A stretch of DNA of 64,000 nt from Oculina patagonica (Eukaryota). A model generated the notes under the pieces. The model was not told the origin of the DNA, searched no databases, and saw nothing but the letters and a program-made list of their open reading frames with translations. Shown here piece by piece: positions 36,432 through 48,675 of this stretch. The position numbers were made by a program, and so were the translations under genes. The stretch covers positions 24,118,001 to 24,182,000 of the forward strand of contig NC_135766.1 of NCBI RefSeq assembly GCF_052425735.1. Direction: 5' to 3'. Numbering within the stretch: the first letter of the stretch is position 1; the number at the start of each line of letters is the position of its first letter.

Positions 36432-39400
36432 TTATAGCTGAGAGGGCATGCTTGTTGGTGCTGAAAGTGGTTTGTCCTCCCAAAGGATTTTTCCATCACA
36501 TGCGCAGAATTTCTTGGTGTTCTGGAAAAGACCAGCTGATCTGGCGATTATTCCACATGTTAAGCTGTGAAAAATTGGAGTGAAAAGTCATTAGCATACA
36601 CAAAAATCCTCTTCACTTCAAACTTCCATGTTTAGCTCAGCCAGGAGGGTTGTGAGGTACTGCAAGAGTAACATGTCTTGCCAAAGAACACAACATGACT
36701 TAACCTGGCTCTGTGGACCATTTGATCCAGAGTCCAGCACAATAACCATTAAGCCACCATGTCTCCTATTCCGACCTATTGGCAATCTGACACAAATTCC
36801 AAATTCTACAGAGTAATGTCGTTAATATACATCTTTCTTACCCGGGGCCTGAATTTCCTGTTATTTTCGACAATTCATTGTTGCCACGCCCTAGATCATC
36901 TTCTCCATGGTGTACAACAAGAGATCGACCAATCACATCCCAAACCTAGCAAAGATACAGTTTATCTCCTTAATGTCAACATACAAATTCACCTAACTAG
37001 TCTCCATACATTTTCTTTAGTATTAGTTTAGAGAACTGCAATACTATAAAGCTCCCATGAGGCTGAATAAAGATGCAAATTATTTCATTAAAAAAAAAAG
37101 GTGTCATATAAGTTTAATAAAATTAATAAAATAATCTTCACAAAAAAGTAACTAATGAATAGAAAATGTGGTGGGCAGATAACTCAAAAAAAATATTACC
37201 AACCTCAATATATTGTAAAAGTCAGTTATAAATACTAGAAATATTTGTACTCCCCCACCCCACCCCCAGATGGGATGCTGGTACCCACCCTCCACCCTAG
37301 TTTATTCTCACAGTGTTCTCTCCATCGAAGTGTCTTGCCCAAGATCACAAGAACATAAAGAACATTCTTCACATTATTAGTCAGAAATGGACTACCGTAT
37401 TTATTCGATTAAGTGCCCAACCTCGAATAAGCACCCACCTCAAATAAGCGCCCACCCTGTAGGTAAGAAAAGTTAATAAGCGCCCAGCCTTGAATAAGCG
37501 CCTACCGCCACCCCTCTATAATGAGGGCACAAGAGGAATTTTGATTATTGTTGAAGTTGAGATTAAAATTGACTAGGTACTACTAAGAGACTATCCCGAA
37601 GACCGAGTTTCTTTTAGTTTTTTTACTGAAACTTTCAACGAACATTTAAAATTAAGCTTGAGTACACCTTCACTTTAGTTATTATACATTGTTTTCTTGC
37701 AAAATAAACGTACTACTTACTAAAAATGGTGAAAATTTAATAAGCGCTCAGCCTCGAATAAGCGCCCACCCTCAAGGTCCAAAAATTTAATAAGCGCCCA
37801 GGGCGCTTAATCGAATAAATACGGTATTTCTTAAACAATTAAGCAATAGCCATTTAGTACCTTCACATTTTCATCTTCTAATCGGAACGAAGCCCTGCCA
37901 TTCTTGTCTGCTAGTATGTTACCAAGGTCACCAATATGCTGTAAGTGAGAATGAGTGAGAGAAGGAAATTAATTAAATGGCAAGCATATTTTAGCTCTTC
38001 AAAAAAGATATAATTATAAAATCAAAGATCTCTTTGAGATATCGACTTTTTTGCATGAAGTTAGTATGAGTAGAAGGTTTATCCTGGGCATTGTTGTTCG
38101 AACATATCATGGAAGAATTCAAACGTCTTTCAGTTCAAGCATTTTTTTATTTTCGTGGAGGAAATGCTGTATTTGTCAGTCGCGTTGGCTGGGCGATTTG
38201 CGACTCATATACTTTGGCTTGGTTAAAAATGGTAAACTTTGACGCTTGCCTTTAATCGAAATAGTTGTTTCCTTTCGAGTTAGAAAGATTTCTACTCGGC
38301 TTAATGCAGGGTTCCCGATAAAGGTTACGCATGACAGAGTTACCTTTTGTCTCGTCACGTAATCTTAACCCCACATTGAGAAGTAAATTTTCGTTTGGAT
38401 ATTACCAAAAGCCGCTTCTCCTCGCGTTATTCTTTACCTTACGGCTACACATGCCATTTCTAACGACTACATTTCCAGTAAAACAGTTGCTGTTTTTTTT
38501 TCTAATTTTGATGATTTAACTTCTGAACAGAAGCAAAAACTTTTAGTGTTTACTGCTTCCACCGGAAGTAATTTCACAACAGGTTACAAAAAAACTTGTA
38601 AATATCACTTCACACCTGCATTGAATGTTGCAATTCTAAATTGCGCAACTCAGCAGAAATAATCAATTGTCACGAAATGAGTTCCCTTTGGTTAACTATT
38701 TGCAACGTTTTAGTGTGTGAAAGACTTGTACCAGTACAAATTTGCGTTGTTAATCGTTTTAGGTTAAATTAATATTAGCGCCTAAAGACTTGTACTAGTA
38801 CAAATTGTGTTCTTAATCGTTTTAAACTTTGCTGCCTTCGAGCGCTGAACCCCTCACATTCTTAATTGGTTATGTCACATACGATTTGGGCTACTCACGT
38901 TTTTAATTGTTATATAACGTTTGTAAATTTGACAAGTCACGTTTTTTCTACAAGAACAGAAGCGCTGAAGCACAACTATAGAGTGACACTCACGCACTTT
39001 GATCACCCACAGTGGAAAGTATTCCCTTGAGAAATTAAAACAGTCCCTTGAGAGTTAACAAAAATGTGGTTCGAGATTACCCAACTTAACCGCTATTCTC
39101 CTTCCTCAGTTAGACTTAGCCCTCCATTAGTAAAGACAAATTGATTTTAATACGTTCACTCGAGAAAATTATAATGCCTGACTTTAAACAAGCGAAAAAT
39201 GGAATTTCTGGTGATTGAGTGAATACGAATTAGCAGGAAATTGAATATTTCTGCAGCACAAGAGCGACAGGCCCTGGGCCTGAGTGCAGTAGCATCGTGG
39301 GTAATGGTGTGTGAATATTTAAGCTTGGAATTGCACATGGGCAAACATTCTAGCCCGATACCACTCGATAGAATTTTAAATTTGTTTTTTAAATGTTTAT

Positions 39401-42400
39401 AGCCTTGTAGAATGGGCTGTGAGAGCTTGAGCCTGGTTTCTACCCAGATTATCTGTCTTTTTTCCCCCACGGGGTTTTTTACGGCAGGTTTTTTCAAGCC
39501 ACTGTTCTAACCACAATGTTTTGTAAGTGGTTGCTCAGCTCTCATTATTTGTTTTGCTGTAATGCACTGTGATAGTGATTACTGGATGAAGTAGAGTTAT
39601 ATTGTTTACTTTACATGGCTGTATGTAGTGTAGTGTCGTTTTTTTTTATATACTGTATTCTGGTGCTTGCCCGAAAACATGCAAAATAAACCTAATGGCT
39701 CATATGTGTGCTGTCTGTTGTAAAGTGAGCTGAAATACATACTCTCTCACTGTCCTCTGGTGCTCCATGCCTACAATTTCTGGGATTGTAATGATCACCA
39801 GTGCTGACATTTAAGAAATTAAAATCAATTCATAGCTGATTAGTAAATTTAATAAATAAAATATTATATCTCTTATATCTTTATTTGTTAAATATTGCAG
39901 ACTATTTTGTACCAGGAGGAAATTGTTTAAAAAAGATTAATTATTGAGAACAAAGGATGGTGATACTTTTTAAAAAAATACCTAACATTTGAGTAACCAG
40001 ACAATAAATAATCTACAGCAAAGTGTGGACCTCTTAGAAAACTGTCATTTTTGTCCATACATTTTCACGACAACAAGTCGTCAAGTATAAGTTTTAGCTA
40101 AATAGTCAGTGACTATTAATGATAATGTTGTCATAATGTTCGCTAAAAAGGTAAAAATATTATTTACAAGGCTAAAAAAGGTTATAAAATTTTAAAAAGG
40201 AACCGAACATTTTCGACTTGTTGTCATCATCAGGGTTAAAAGCCGTCCGTGATTAACATCGTTTTTTTACTCAAGTTATTCCCGAAGGGAACAACTGCGC
40301 AACATAGCAATTAACTTGTTTGTTCAAAGTTGGGTTCTTTTGTTGGATAATTAGTCCCTTGATGATCTTTCTCTTAAAGTAGGAGGTATAATATTTTTTT
40401 ATTAATGATAATGTTTTGTACTTCTTTCACCTCACGCATCCCTGTGAAAGATCTCCTAACTCATGAATGTTGAGCCCATGAAGTCCAGGAGTAAGTCCAT
40501 CAATTGTACCATCAATTACACACAGATCCTCAGATACCTAAAAATAACAGAACCAACAGTAATCAATAATAAAGTATTATTTCGTTTGTCTCACGACGTA
40601 GTCACGTGTGATGGAGATCGCGACGTTTCGACTGCATACTGCTAGTCTTCATCAGGCGATAAGGTCAACTGGTTGTGCGTTAGCTTATAAAGCACACGGC
40701 TGCGCTGTGATTGGTTGGTTTTCAACAGCTGTTTTCTAGCTAACGCACAACCAGTCGACCTTATCGCCTGATGAAGACTAGCAGTATGCAGTCGAAACGT
40801 CGCGATCTCCATCACACGTGACTACATCGTGAGACAAACGAAATAATACTTTATTATTGTACTCTACCACGATGAATAACCACAACATTTTTTACGACAA
40901 CAGTAATCAGTAGTAAAAATAATTTTCACTGACCATTATTAATTAGTTGAGTCCTGATTTTTTAAACCCTTGGTTTATCGAAACTCCCTATTTTTCGAAA
41001 CAATTTTAATTTCCTTTGGATAGTACCTCTGTAAATAATATTTACCCTCGATTTCTTGAACCTCCCAATTTCTCAAAGCAATTTTCATTTCCCTTGGAGG
41101 TTCGAGAAATCTGGAATCAACTGTAATAGCCCTTATGCATGTTTACGTCAGACTGGCTAGTTTCACCACCAAGCCTCGCTTTCGAAGTGCAAACTTGTAA
41201 ATTTAAACGTGAACAAATTCCCAAGGCAGCAAAGATAAAAAGAATACCCACGAGAAAACTGCATGATGGTCGCAGAGGGTTGAGAATAATTCGCGCAAAC
41301 GAGGCTTGGTGGTGAATTTTGAGCTAATGACGTTATCATGCATAAGGCCTATTAAAATACTCAAGCGCATTTTACTGATTAATTTTCACTTATTTTTACA
41401 AAGTGTAAAAATGTCATCTGTAAAATCGTTGAATAAATTTATTTCTTTTGCAGAACATGATTTTCACTGGCCAGAGTAATATATTAATCATATTTATCAG
41501 CCAGAAAAACTTTTGATCAAAACCTGCAGCAATAATTTCTACAATTATTGTAGAATAAAATGCCCCAGAAGATGACAATGACAAAACTTTTACAATTTCC
41601 ATGAATAAATGTTAAACATCCTGACTGTTCTAGCAGTGTAGCAGCTCCCATCAGCTTGTAAATTCTACTGGTCCTCTAGTGTAGCAGTTGCTATTGTTTT
41701 GGGAGCTAGCGGCATTGTTCCTGTTGTTTGTCTCCCTGTTTTCTCTAAGGGTAACAAGCCATTTATGTGAGACCTCGTGAGAGCTGCTATCTGACCCAAC
41801 TTTTCCCTGTGTGGCCATTAAATTTTTATTTTCTTCTATATTGAACTCTGTTTGTGAACTGACTAATAATGATGATGACAGTATGGTGTTTGCACCAACA
41901 TTTACATAATTATACCTGAACAAATCTGGTAACACCAAGAATGCTTCCACTACGCATCTCAACCACAGCAGCTCCTAAATGCTTGGGTTGTGTACCTACA
42001 TCATCAAAAATTAATTTCTTGTTACTTCATCAATATGTTGTCAAGCAGATAGTGATGAGAATAACAAAATAAATCAACTCGAAGAAATTCATTAACTGGC
42101 CCATTTTTGTCACTTAATTTGAGCCAGATTTTCACAATGGATCCATTGAGATTCCATAGTATGTTGTCACAAGTGTGATTACAACTTTGAACTGGTTATT
42201 TACCTGCGGCACCAAGTCCACGTAATATGGCCATTTTTCCTGAGTTTTCTATCAGCTTCTGGACTTGCCCTGTTGATAGTGTTGTCTCTACAATGACTTG
42301 TTCTGTATTCAGATCCACTGTGAATGACTTAACCCCTAGTGAAGAATGTGCTAACATCAGCTGTATACATTTAGTCTAAAGCTAACGTGTTGTTCCAGAA

Positions 42401-44178
42401 AATATCCATGTACCCCTAAAGGAAGGTTTTTGGTTTGAGCCTGTGTCAGGGATCGGGGCCTCTGGGCTAATCTGAAAGCCTGCCAAAAGACAATCCAATC
42501 TGTTTGGCTGTTGAAAACTTGATCGTTTCACCACAATCTCTGGTGCACACACACAATCACAGGGTTGGAAACTAAAATTTCGGAGCACTCGCCATCTGGG
42601 CGAGTGACCTTCAAATTGCACTCGCCCAGATCAGTTTTCACTCGCCCAGGATCCTAAAGAGAAAATTTAGCCCCCCTCCGCCCACTTATAAAATGTACAA
42701 CTTAAATTTTTAATCATGTTCTATCACGCTTTGCTACCGTGGTGGTCGATCGCGATACAGACTGAAATTTATTTCTTCGACGAAAAATCGACAAAAATTG
42801 ACCTTACTCCACGATAAAAACACGAGCACACTTACTTCAAAAGTTGAAATGCAGTTTTATTTGATACGTATTCCTAAATTCCTGTAGTTTGTGTTGAAAC
42901 TGTACAGAAACAGAGGCGGGAAAATAGCCATCTTGCCTTGTTTCGCGGCTCGGTGGATGAGTCAGTTTATTTATGACCAGAGGTATTACTTTCTACAAGC
43001 ACGTCCATCATGTAATAATCACCAAACAGAAGCCATTTTTGAATGTTTACGAACGCAAACACAACCTTGTCTGCCTTGTTGGAGATTTCAAAATGTTGGA
43101 AAGCTATCGGCTTGTAGATAGTGTAGATTATTTTAAAGTGGAAAGTAAAAGGTAACCCTTATTTTGAATAATTTATTGAAAATCATACTCGCCAAAACGG
43201 GCGAGTGATCTGTGATTTGTACTCGCCCGACTGTTTTCACACTCGCCTGGGCGAGTGGGCGAGCGCTAATTTCCAACCCTGCAATCAAATGGGAACCAGG
43301 ATTTCTTGGTACCGGTTTTGGATTATCCCAGAGCCCCTGAGTTTCCCGACTGCTGGTCAAGTGGAAACAGGCTCTTTGAATGAGATTGGTGTAATTAATA
43401 TTCATACCTACCGAGCTTGTACAAACTTGAATGCCAACAGTTGATAGTATACGAATATCTCAACCAATCAGATTGTTGCATTTGTAGTAGAATACTAGTA
43501 GAATTCTACTAATAATAATAACTAGTTATTTTCCCTATTCATTAATAGTAATCAGGCATACCCTCTGCTCCATCAAGTGAATTGTGAATTGCATCTACAC
43601 ATTTCTCACACGTCATCTGTACAGCGAACTCCATCTTAACACAAACCACACATGACTATTACATTTACTTGATATTTTCTTATTGGTTAAATTTCTGTTT
43701 CCTCTAAACTTTGTTTGGTAAGTGATATATTAAAATCAGAAGCATATCAGTAAAATTGCATCTGCTTCCCCTTGTTGTTGATACCCCTCCCACCCCCTCC
43801 CCTCCCCTCTGCCAAACACATGCACTGTGGCATATATGTCTTGGTGCCGAAAATACAAGGGGATTGCATGTAATCTTCACCCCCTGGTATTCAAAAATTT
43901 GTTAGAGGTTCGAAGGGTTGGGTATAGAGAATTCCTAAGACTACTTTGGGGTTTATGGGGGAATTTTAAAAATCTTAAAATCTGGGTCCTACCCTTGGGA
44001 AAATATAAAATCTAAAACAAAATTATGCGTTGGATAACTACGATGAAATAATAATTGTTTTAAAATACTTTTAAATCAAATAAAACAGAAATAAACGCCT
44101 TTAAAACCAGCTCAAAATTCAGGGAAAGGAGAAAACTTGACTCACCTTCGTGGTCGTGGGGTTCACATTGGACGCCAT
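36432..44178 (-). CDS. CCS: Copper chaperone for superoxide dismutase, 9 exons, 266 aa: 44146-44178, 43562-43634, 42204-42335, 41916-41995, 40431-40537, 39743-39803, 37861-37938, 36842-36945, 36432-36564
   Basis: Spliced product: [12 protein letters not shown] (MxCxxC domain I); [46 protein letters not shown] (SOD-like domain II); [22 protein letters not shown] (CxC domain III). All introns GT-AG; 801 nt total, in frame. Confidence 0.96.
37395..37824. mobile_element. Tc1/mariner-pogo-type MITE (TA TSD)
   Basis: TA-CCGTATTTATTCGATTAAG..CTTAATCGAATAAATACGG-TA, with AATAAGCGCCC subterminal repeats. Confidence 0.85.
40201..40237 (-). ncRNA. Minimal type I hammerhead ribozyme motif (Penelope-like remnant)
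   Basis: Minus strand AACC-CUGAUGA-U-GAC-AACAA-GUC-GAAA-AUG-UUC-GGUU. Confidence 0.55.
40617..40660 (-). ncRNA. Minimal type I hammerhead ribozyme (sense to the CCS pre-mRNA)
   Basis: AUCGC-CUGAUGA-A-GAC-(12 nt)-GUC-GAAAC-GUC-GCGAU. Confidence 0.7.
40763..40806 (+). ncRNA. Minimal type I hammerhead ribozyme (mirror copy)
   Basis: ATCGC-CTGATGA-A-GAC..GTC-GAAAC-GTC-GCGAT; predicted cleavage after C40801. Confidence 0.7.
42560..43281. mobile_element. hAT-like non-autonomous element, 6-bp TSD
   Basis: TIRs CAGGGTTGGAAA / TTTCCAACCCTG, ACTCGCC subterminal repeats, TSD CAATCA. Confidence 0.8.
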
Positions 44179-44263
44179 TTTGAAATAGCTAAAACAGAGC
44201 AAGCCTGGGTCGAGTGTATCGCCGTGGAGACGAGGCTGCTTACAAAGCCCGGGAAAAAAGAAC

Positions 44264-47200
44264 ATGGCGGAGGAAATGGCGAAGGAAGACGCGAAAATTC
44301 AGCCCTTGGTAATATTTTACGACAGTGAAGCCGCTAACGGGAATGTGTACCGTGGAGACATTATCGAAATTGCTGCCAAGTGCCACCCTGATGTAGTGAA
44401 AGGCTCGTTTCAATCTCTGATTAATACCAAACAGCCACTTTGTGCGTTCGGTAAGTGAAGCTCTTGCGTCACAAGCTAGCGCAAAAATCTACCCAGTCAG
44501 CAAATATTTGTGACCTTTTTGACACCGCCGATATTTTTCAAGAAAGGAAGTTTCGTTTTTCTTTGACTTTTTTAACCAGCTTTGTAGAAACAGGAGAAAG
44601 TTTAATACGATAAAGAGTAAACAAAGAATGGGTTTTCGATGTAGCTTTGCATAAGACCGCATTGTTGATGGCGCGTCCGAAGAAATATGCGAGGTATCAC
44701 GAACGCTGAATTATCTTCTTTTAACTCGGTTTTGTCACAAAATACCGATGCTAAATGAGCTCTGACTAGTTTTAGTGTGTAATGTACCGGGAAAGGATTC
44801 GAAAGCAATTTTATTTTTTCATAAATTCTTTCTTGGAGATTATCCCAAATTAAACGCGTGGCGTTTGTATGATGGTATTTCCGGCATGTCGGTAACGCCA
44901 TGCAGAAACACAAGCTTCGTTATGTATTCATGAGGAGTAAAGCGTCCTTTCAGTTTGCGAGAATTGTGGAGATAATGCATTTATGCGTCGCATCGTCTTC
45001 TTGGCTTTTCTCCTTAAATCACTTGATGAAATAATTGTGTTACTTTCAGAAGATGATATTGTTGAAACTGTTGAAAGTACAGTATAATGTGATTTTGAGA
45101 ACAAAGGCGAATATAAATAAGTAAGAATAACTGTAAATTTATTCAATTAATTTCGCCGAAACTTCCTGTTATTTTTATTTAATTCAAGGCAAATGCCACC
45201 TGCAATTCAAATTCAAATTCAATCAATTTATTAATTGAATTGAAGAAAAAAATGTTATTTCCATGTTGAAATTGTGTATATTCTAAGGGAACTTCCTGAG
45301 AAAGTATTTAAAGAATATATTACCTGTAGATTATTCTTCAGACAGTGAAATTGTTGGCAAAGTCTCAATAAAAAAATTACAATCCATAATTATTGGCAGC
45401 AGTATCACAAAAAGTCATCTTATGTGTGTTTCCATTTTAAGTTGATGGCATACATTGTATTTTTTTGACTTGGATAAAATTTAGTATATAGTATCTAGTT
45501 TCCCTGTTATATTGAATAGGGTTTAAAATAATTTCACTTGACATTCAATTTTACTTGTTTATATAATGTCAGATGCCAATACAAAATAAGCCCTTAATTA
45601 ATTTGCGTCATGTCCTTTATTGATTTAGTTACAGATTATTCAAGTTCTCAATTAAATATTATTTTATAAAATCCCACGAGCCAAAAGATTATCACAGTGC
45701 TCAGCTAGTGGACTATTCCCAAGTACTGAACTGATAGAATGACTAGACCTTATTGATATCAAAACTACTGGATATTGTTCTTGACTGATATTGATAGATC
45801 AATTAGATTTCCACAATCAATTTAGGGGTGATGAATGGTCCTTCAAAAAATTCGTGTCTTGCAAAGTTTTAGCCAAATTTCAGGGGTCTCGTCATCTCGA
45901 ATTTTTCTTTGACATCTTCTCGGAGTCTCTATTTCTTTTGCAAGGCTAAAAAGGTCTCGGGCTCGCAGAAAAGATATCAGTCTCGCAAAGTCTCGCATTT
46001 ACCATTCAACACCCCTCAATTTCTAGCAATTTTTTTAAGTCAGCCTACACTGTAGTCACCTCATGCAATGGAAATCACAGCTCAGCTCTGGACTAGTAGA
46101 CCACTTACGATTAAGAAAACATATAAACTTTTTATGTAACTGTTTGTGCTATTTTTATGCAACTTTTAGCTACCAGAGAATGTGAAATATCAGAGCAAGA
46201 CCTCAAAAACAAGCCATGCTTTAAAGAGATTCTGATGAAGTTTGTCTCATGGATAGATGACATGGTTAAGCTAGCAAAGAAAAGACATGGGACACCATTC
46301 TTGCCAGGTAAGGGGGTACAGTTAAGGTAAAATATAAAGCTTATTCTGGTTTCAATAGCATATAGGCATATTTCTACTCCTAATAATAATATAATAATAA
46401 TAAGGTTTTTTGGGCGCATTTAAAAAAACTCAATGCGCTTACATTTCTCTATTAAAAAATTAGCTAAAACTAAATAGTATAACGCTATAATTTTTCTAAG
46501 ACACTAAAAAATAAAATAAGTGAAACAACTAATCAAAGGAAAAAAATTAAGGTTACATAAAAACTAGGTTAGCCAATAAAAATAGATCAACAATAAAATT
46601 TCCGAAACAAAAATGTTTTAAGTGCAAATTTAAAAGTCGAAAGAGATGGTGCATTTTTGAGAGAGTCCGGTAGGCTGTTCCATAGTATAGGTGCAGAGAA
46701 AGAGAAGGCACGTTCACCGTATGTCACAAGGTTCACAGTAGGGACAGTAAAAAGTAGTTTAGAAGATGAGCGTAAGTTCCGTTGTGGCCGATATTGTTGT
46801 AGGAGGGGAGACAAGTAGGCCGGGCAGAGTCCATGAATAATTTTAAAAGTGATGAGTAGAAGTTTAAATATAACACGTGATTACATACTCCTCCCTGGGA
46901 TTAGATCAGGAGGCGTGGTGGCATAATGGTTAGTGTGCCAGACTCCTGTTTAAGCGGTCCGGGTTCGAGTCCTGGCCGGGGTCACTGTGTTGTGTGTAAA
47001 TGGGTACCGGCGAAATACCTGTAATGCTAGGGGGGGGGGGGGGTTACCCTGCGATGGACTAGCATCCCATCCAGGGAGAATTAGAAATTTTCCTTGCCGC
47101 TTAACGCTATCAAAACTGTGATAAGCTCCGACAATATGGGTCACTTGGCTTGAGGCTTCCCCTGGATTGGATGCTAGTCCATCACAGGGTTACCCAGCAA

Positions 47201-47781
47201 TAAATTTGCTGGCACCTATTTATACACCTGGGTGGGGAGAGGTACGAAAAGAGTGTCTTGCCCAAGAACACATGGACAGATTTCCTGTCTGATAATAAAA
47301 AAAAACTTGACTTCTGTTAATGAACACTTTAAGTTAAAGATTATAACATTACTTGACACTTTGGTGGAAACTTTTTCAGCAAGAACAAAGTCAACTCAAA
47401 GGCGAACAAAACCACTTACAGGAAGAGGAAGAAAAAAAAAACAATGAAAAAAAGAAAAAAAAAGCCTGAAGTGGTATAGTTTTCTCTAACCCCAGAGTTC
47501 TCTAAAGTTTGTTTTCTACATGAACCTCAGAGTAAAAGGGGATGTTAGCTTTCATCTTCAAAATATTAATTTAATATATTATTAATATTGAGACTGAGTT
47601 TTGGGGATTTGACTACAATAACGTATTATTTTAATTTTGTTTCTCAGTATTGTGTGCACACTATGGCTATCAATTTGACTTCTTGATCTTGCTGAGCAAC
47701 ATGGAGAGATCTGGACTGAATCACTCCATCCTGACGCAGCACAATATTCACTTTGCAGACAGTTTGTTGTTCTGTAGTGAG
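44264..47781 (+). CDS. DEDD/DnaQ-like 3'-5' exonuclease-domain protein, join(44264..44450,46170..46307,47648..47781); 3' end not found (probably in or beyond the gap)
   Basis: ExoI LVIFYDSEA..DIIEIAA, L..KP.FKEIL..FVSWI helix, ExoII VLCAHYGYQFDFLIL, FADSL; splice phases 1,1,0 consistent. Confidence 0.78.
45824..46016. mobile_element. MITE with AGGGG..CCCCT termini, 6-bp TSD
   Basis: AGGGGTGATGAATGGT / ACCATTCAACACCCCT; TSD CAATTT. Confidence 0.85.
46382..46885 (-). mobile_element. 5'-truncated L2/CR1-group LINE 3' end
   Basis: ORF2 C-terminus ..PAYLSPLL..RNLRSS..GERAFSFSAPILWNSLP..FKFALKTFLF, 3' UTR, (TAT)n tail, candidate TSD TACTCCT. Confidence 0.85.
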
Positions 47782-48675
47782 GTTGGTAGTTTTCAGTTGT
47801 CAAACAAACGCATACAAGTCATGTACAATGTAATTTCTTCTGTATTGTATAACAAGTACAGTAGAATCCCGATTTCTCAAATCTCCAGGGGAAAGAAGAG
47901 TTGCTTTGAGAAGTCGGGAGGTTGGAGAAAACAGGGGTAAAATTACAGAGAAGGTCAATCCAAGGGAAAAGAAAATTGTGACCTCACACGAGAAAACATA
48001 CACTAACAAATTTTCGTTTAACCTCTAGAAGCGTTTATTATCCGGTTATATTCTGTTTAAACGCTTCATTAAACTCCTCACCAATAGATGAGTGTGGGGA
48101 TGGTGCCTGAGACTATGTGGGAGCCGCCATAAAGCGTGAATGGTAACCATGACAATCCTGGGAGCGGCAACCACCAAACACATTCACACTGAGAGAGGAA
48201 ACTCAGTGGAAGGCAAAAACTAAGTTCTTACCAGTACTTACCTATGGGAAAGGGTGGGTGGGAACAAAATGGCGAAAAAGGTGAAACTTGCTCCAAAGGC
48301 AACGCGAGCGAAATGGCTTGACCTTCACAGGAGAGCTGTAAATTTACTGAAACCCCTGAATAAACCCTGAGGCCACCCCAACTTCAGGGGAGCAGCTGCT
48401 GGCCAGCAAAGATTGTCTCGAGTTTAACCTTGCCTAAATTTCAGTTAGCCACATTTAAACTCATCACCAATAGATGAGTGTGGGGATGGTACCTAACTAT
48501 GTGGGAGCCACTAGCAAGCGTGAATGGTAACCATGACAACCCTGGGAGCGGCAACCACCAAAATCTGACTCCAAGGTGCTTGGAGAACAACGGGCCCGCT
48601 CACAGGAGTGTCAAGGGACCGAGTTCCACCAGAGTATTCAAGCACACAAGTTCTGGTGCTAGTTCAAGCACCAAA

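Larger units (their letters stand above)
40566..40897. mobile_element. Penelope-like inverted pseudo-LTR insertion, 12-bp TSD
   Basis: ~120-bp inverted repeat (40564-40685 / 40739-40859), TSD CAACAGTAATCA (40554-40565, 40898-40909), hammerhead core in each arm. Confidence 0.8.

Noticed and set aside
39400-39720. Possible intronic snoRNA in CCS intron 6
   Set aside because: Short hairpins are present, but I found no convincing C/D or H/ACA box arrangement on the transcribed strand.
48443-48560. HDV-like or twister ribozyme/pseudoknot (AGTTAG-CCACAT vs CTAACT-ATGTGG; TTCACGC loop on the minus strand)
   Set aside because: Could not fit the P1.1 GG and J4/2 elements or the twister consensus; zero-length linkers make the pseudoknot implausible.
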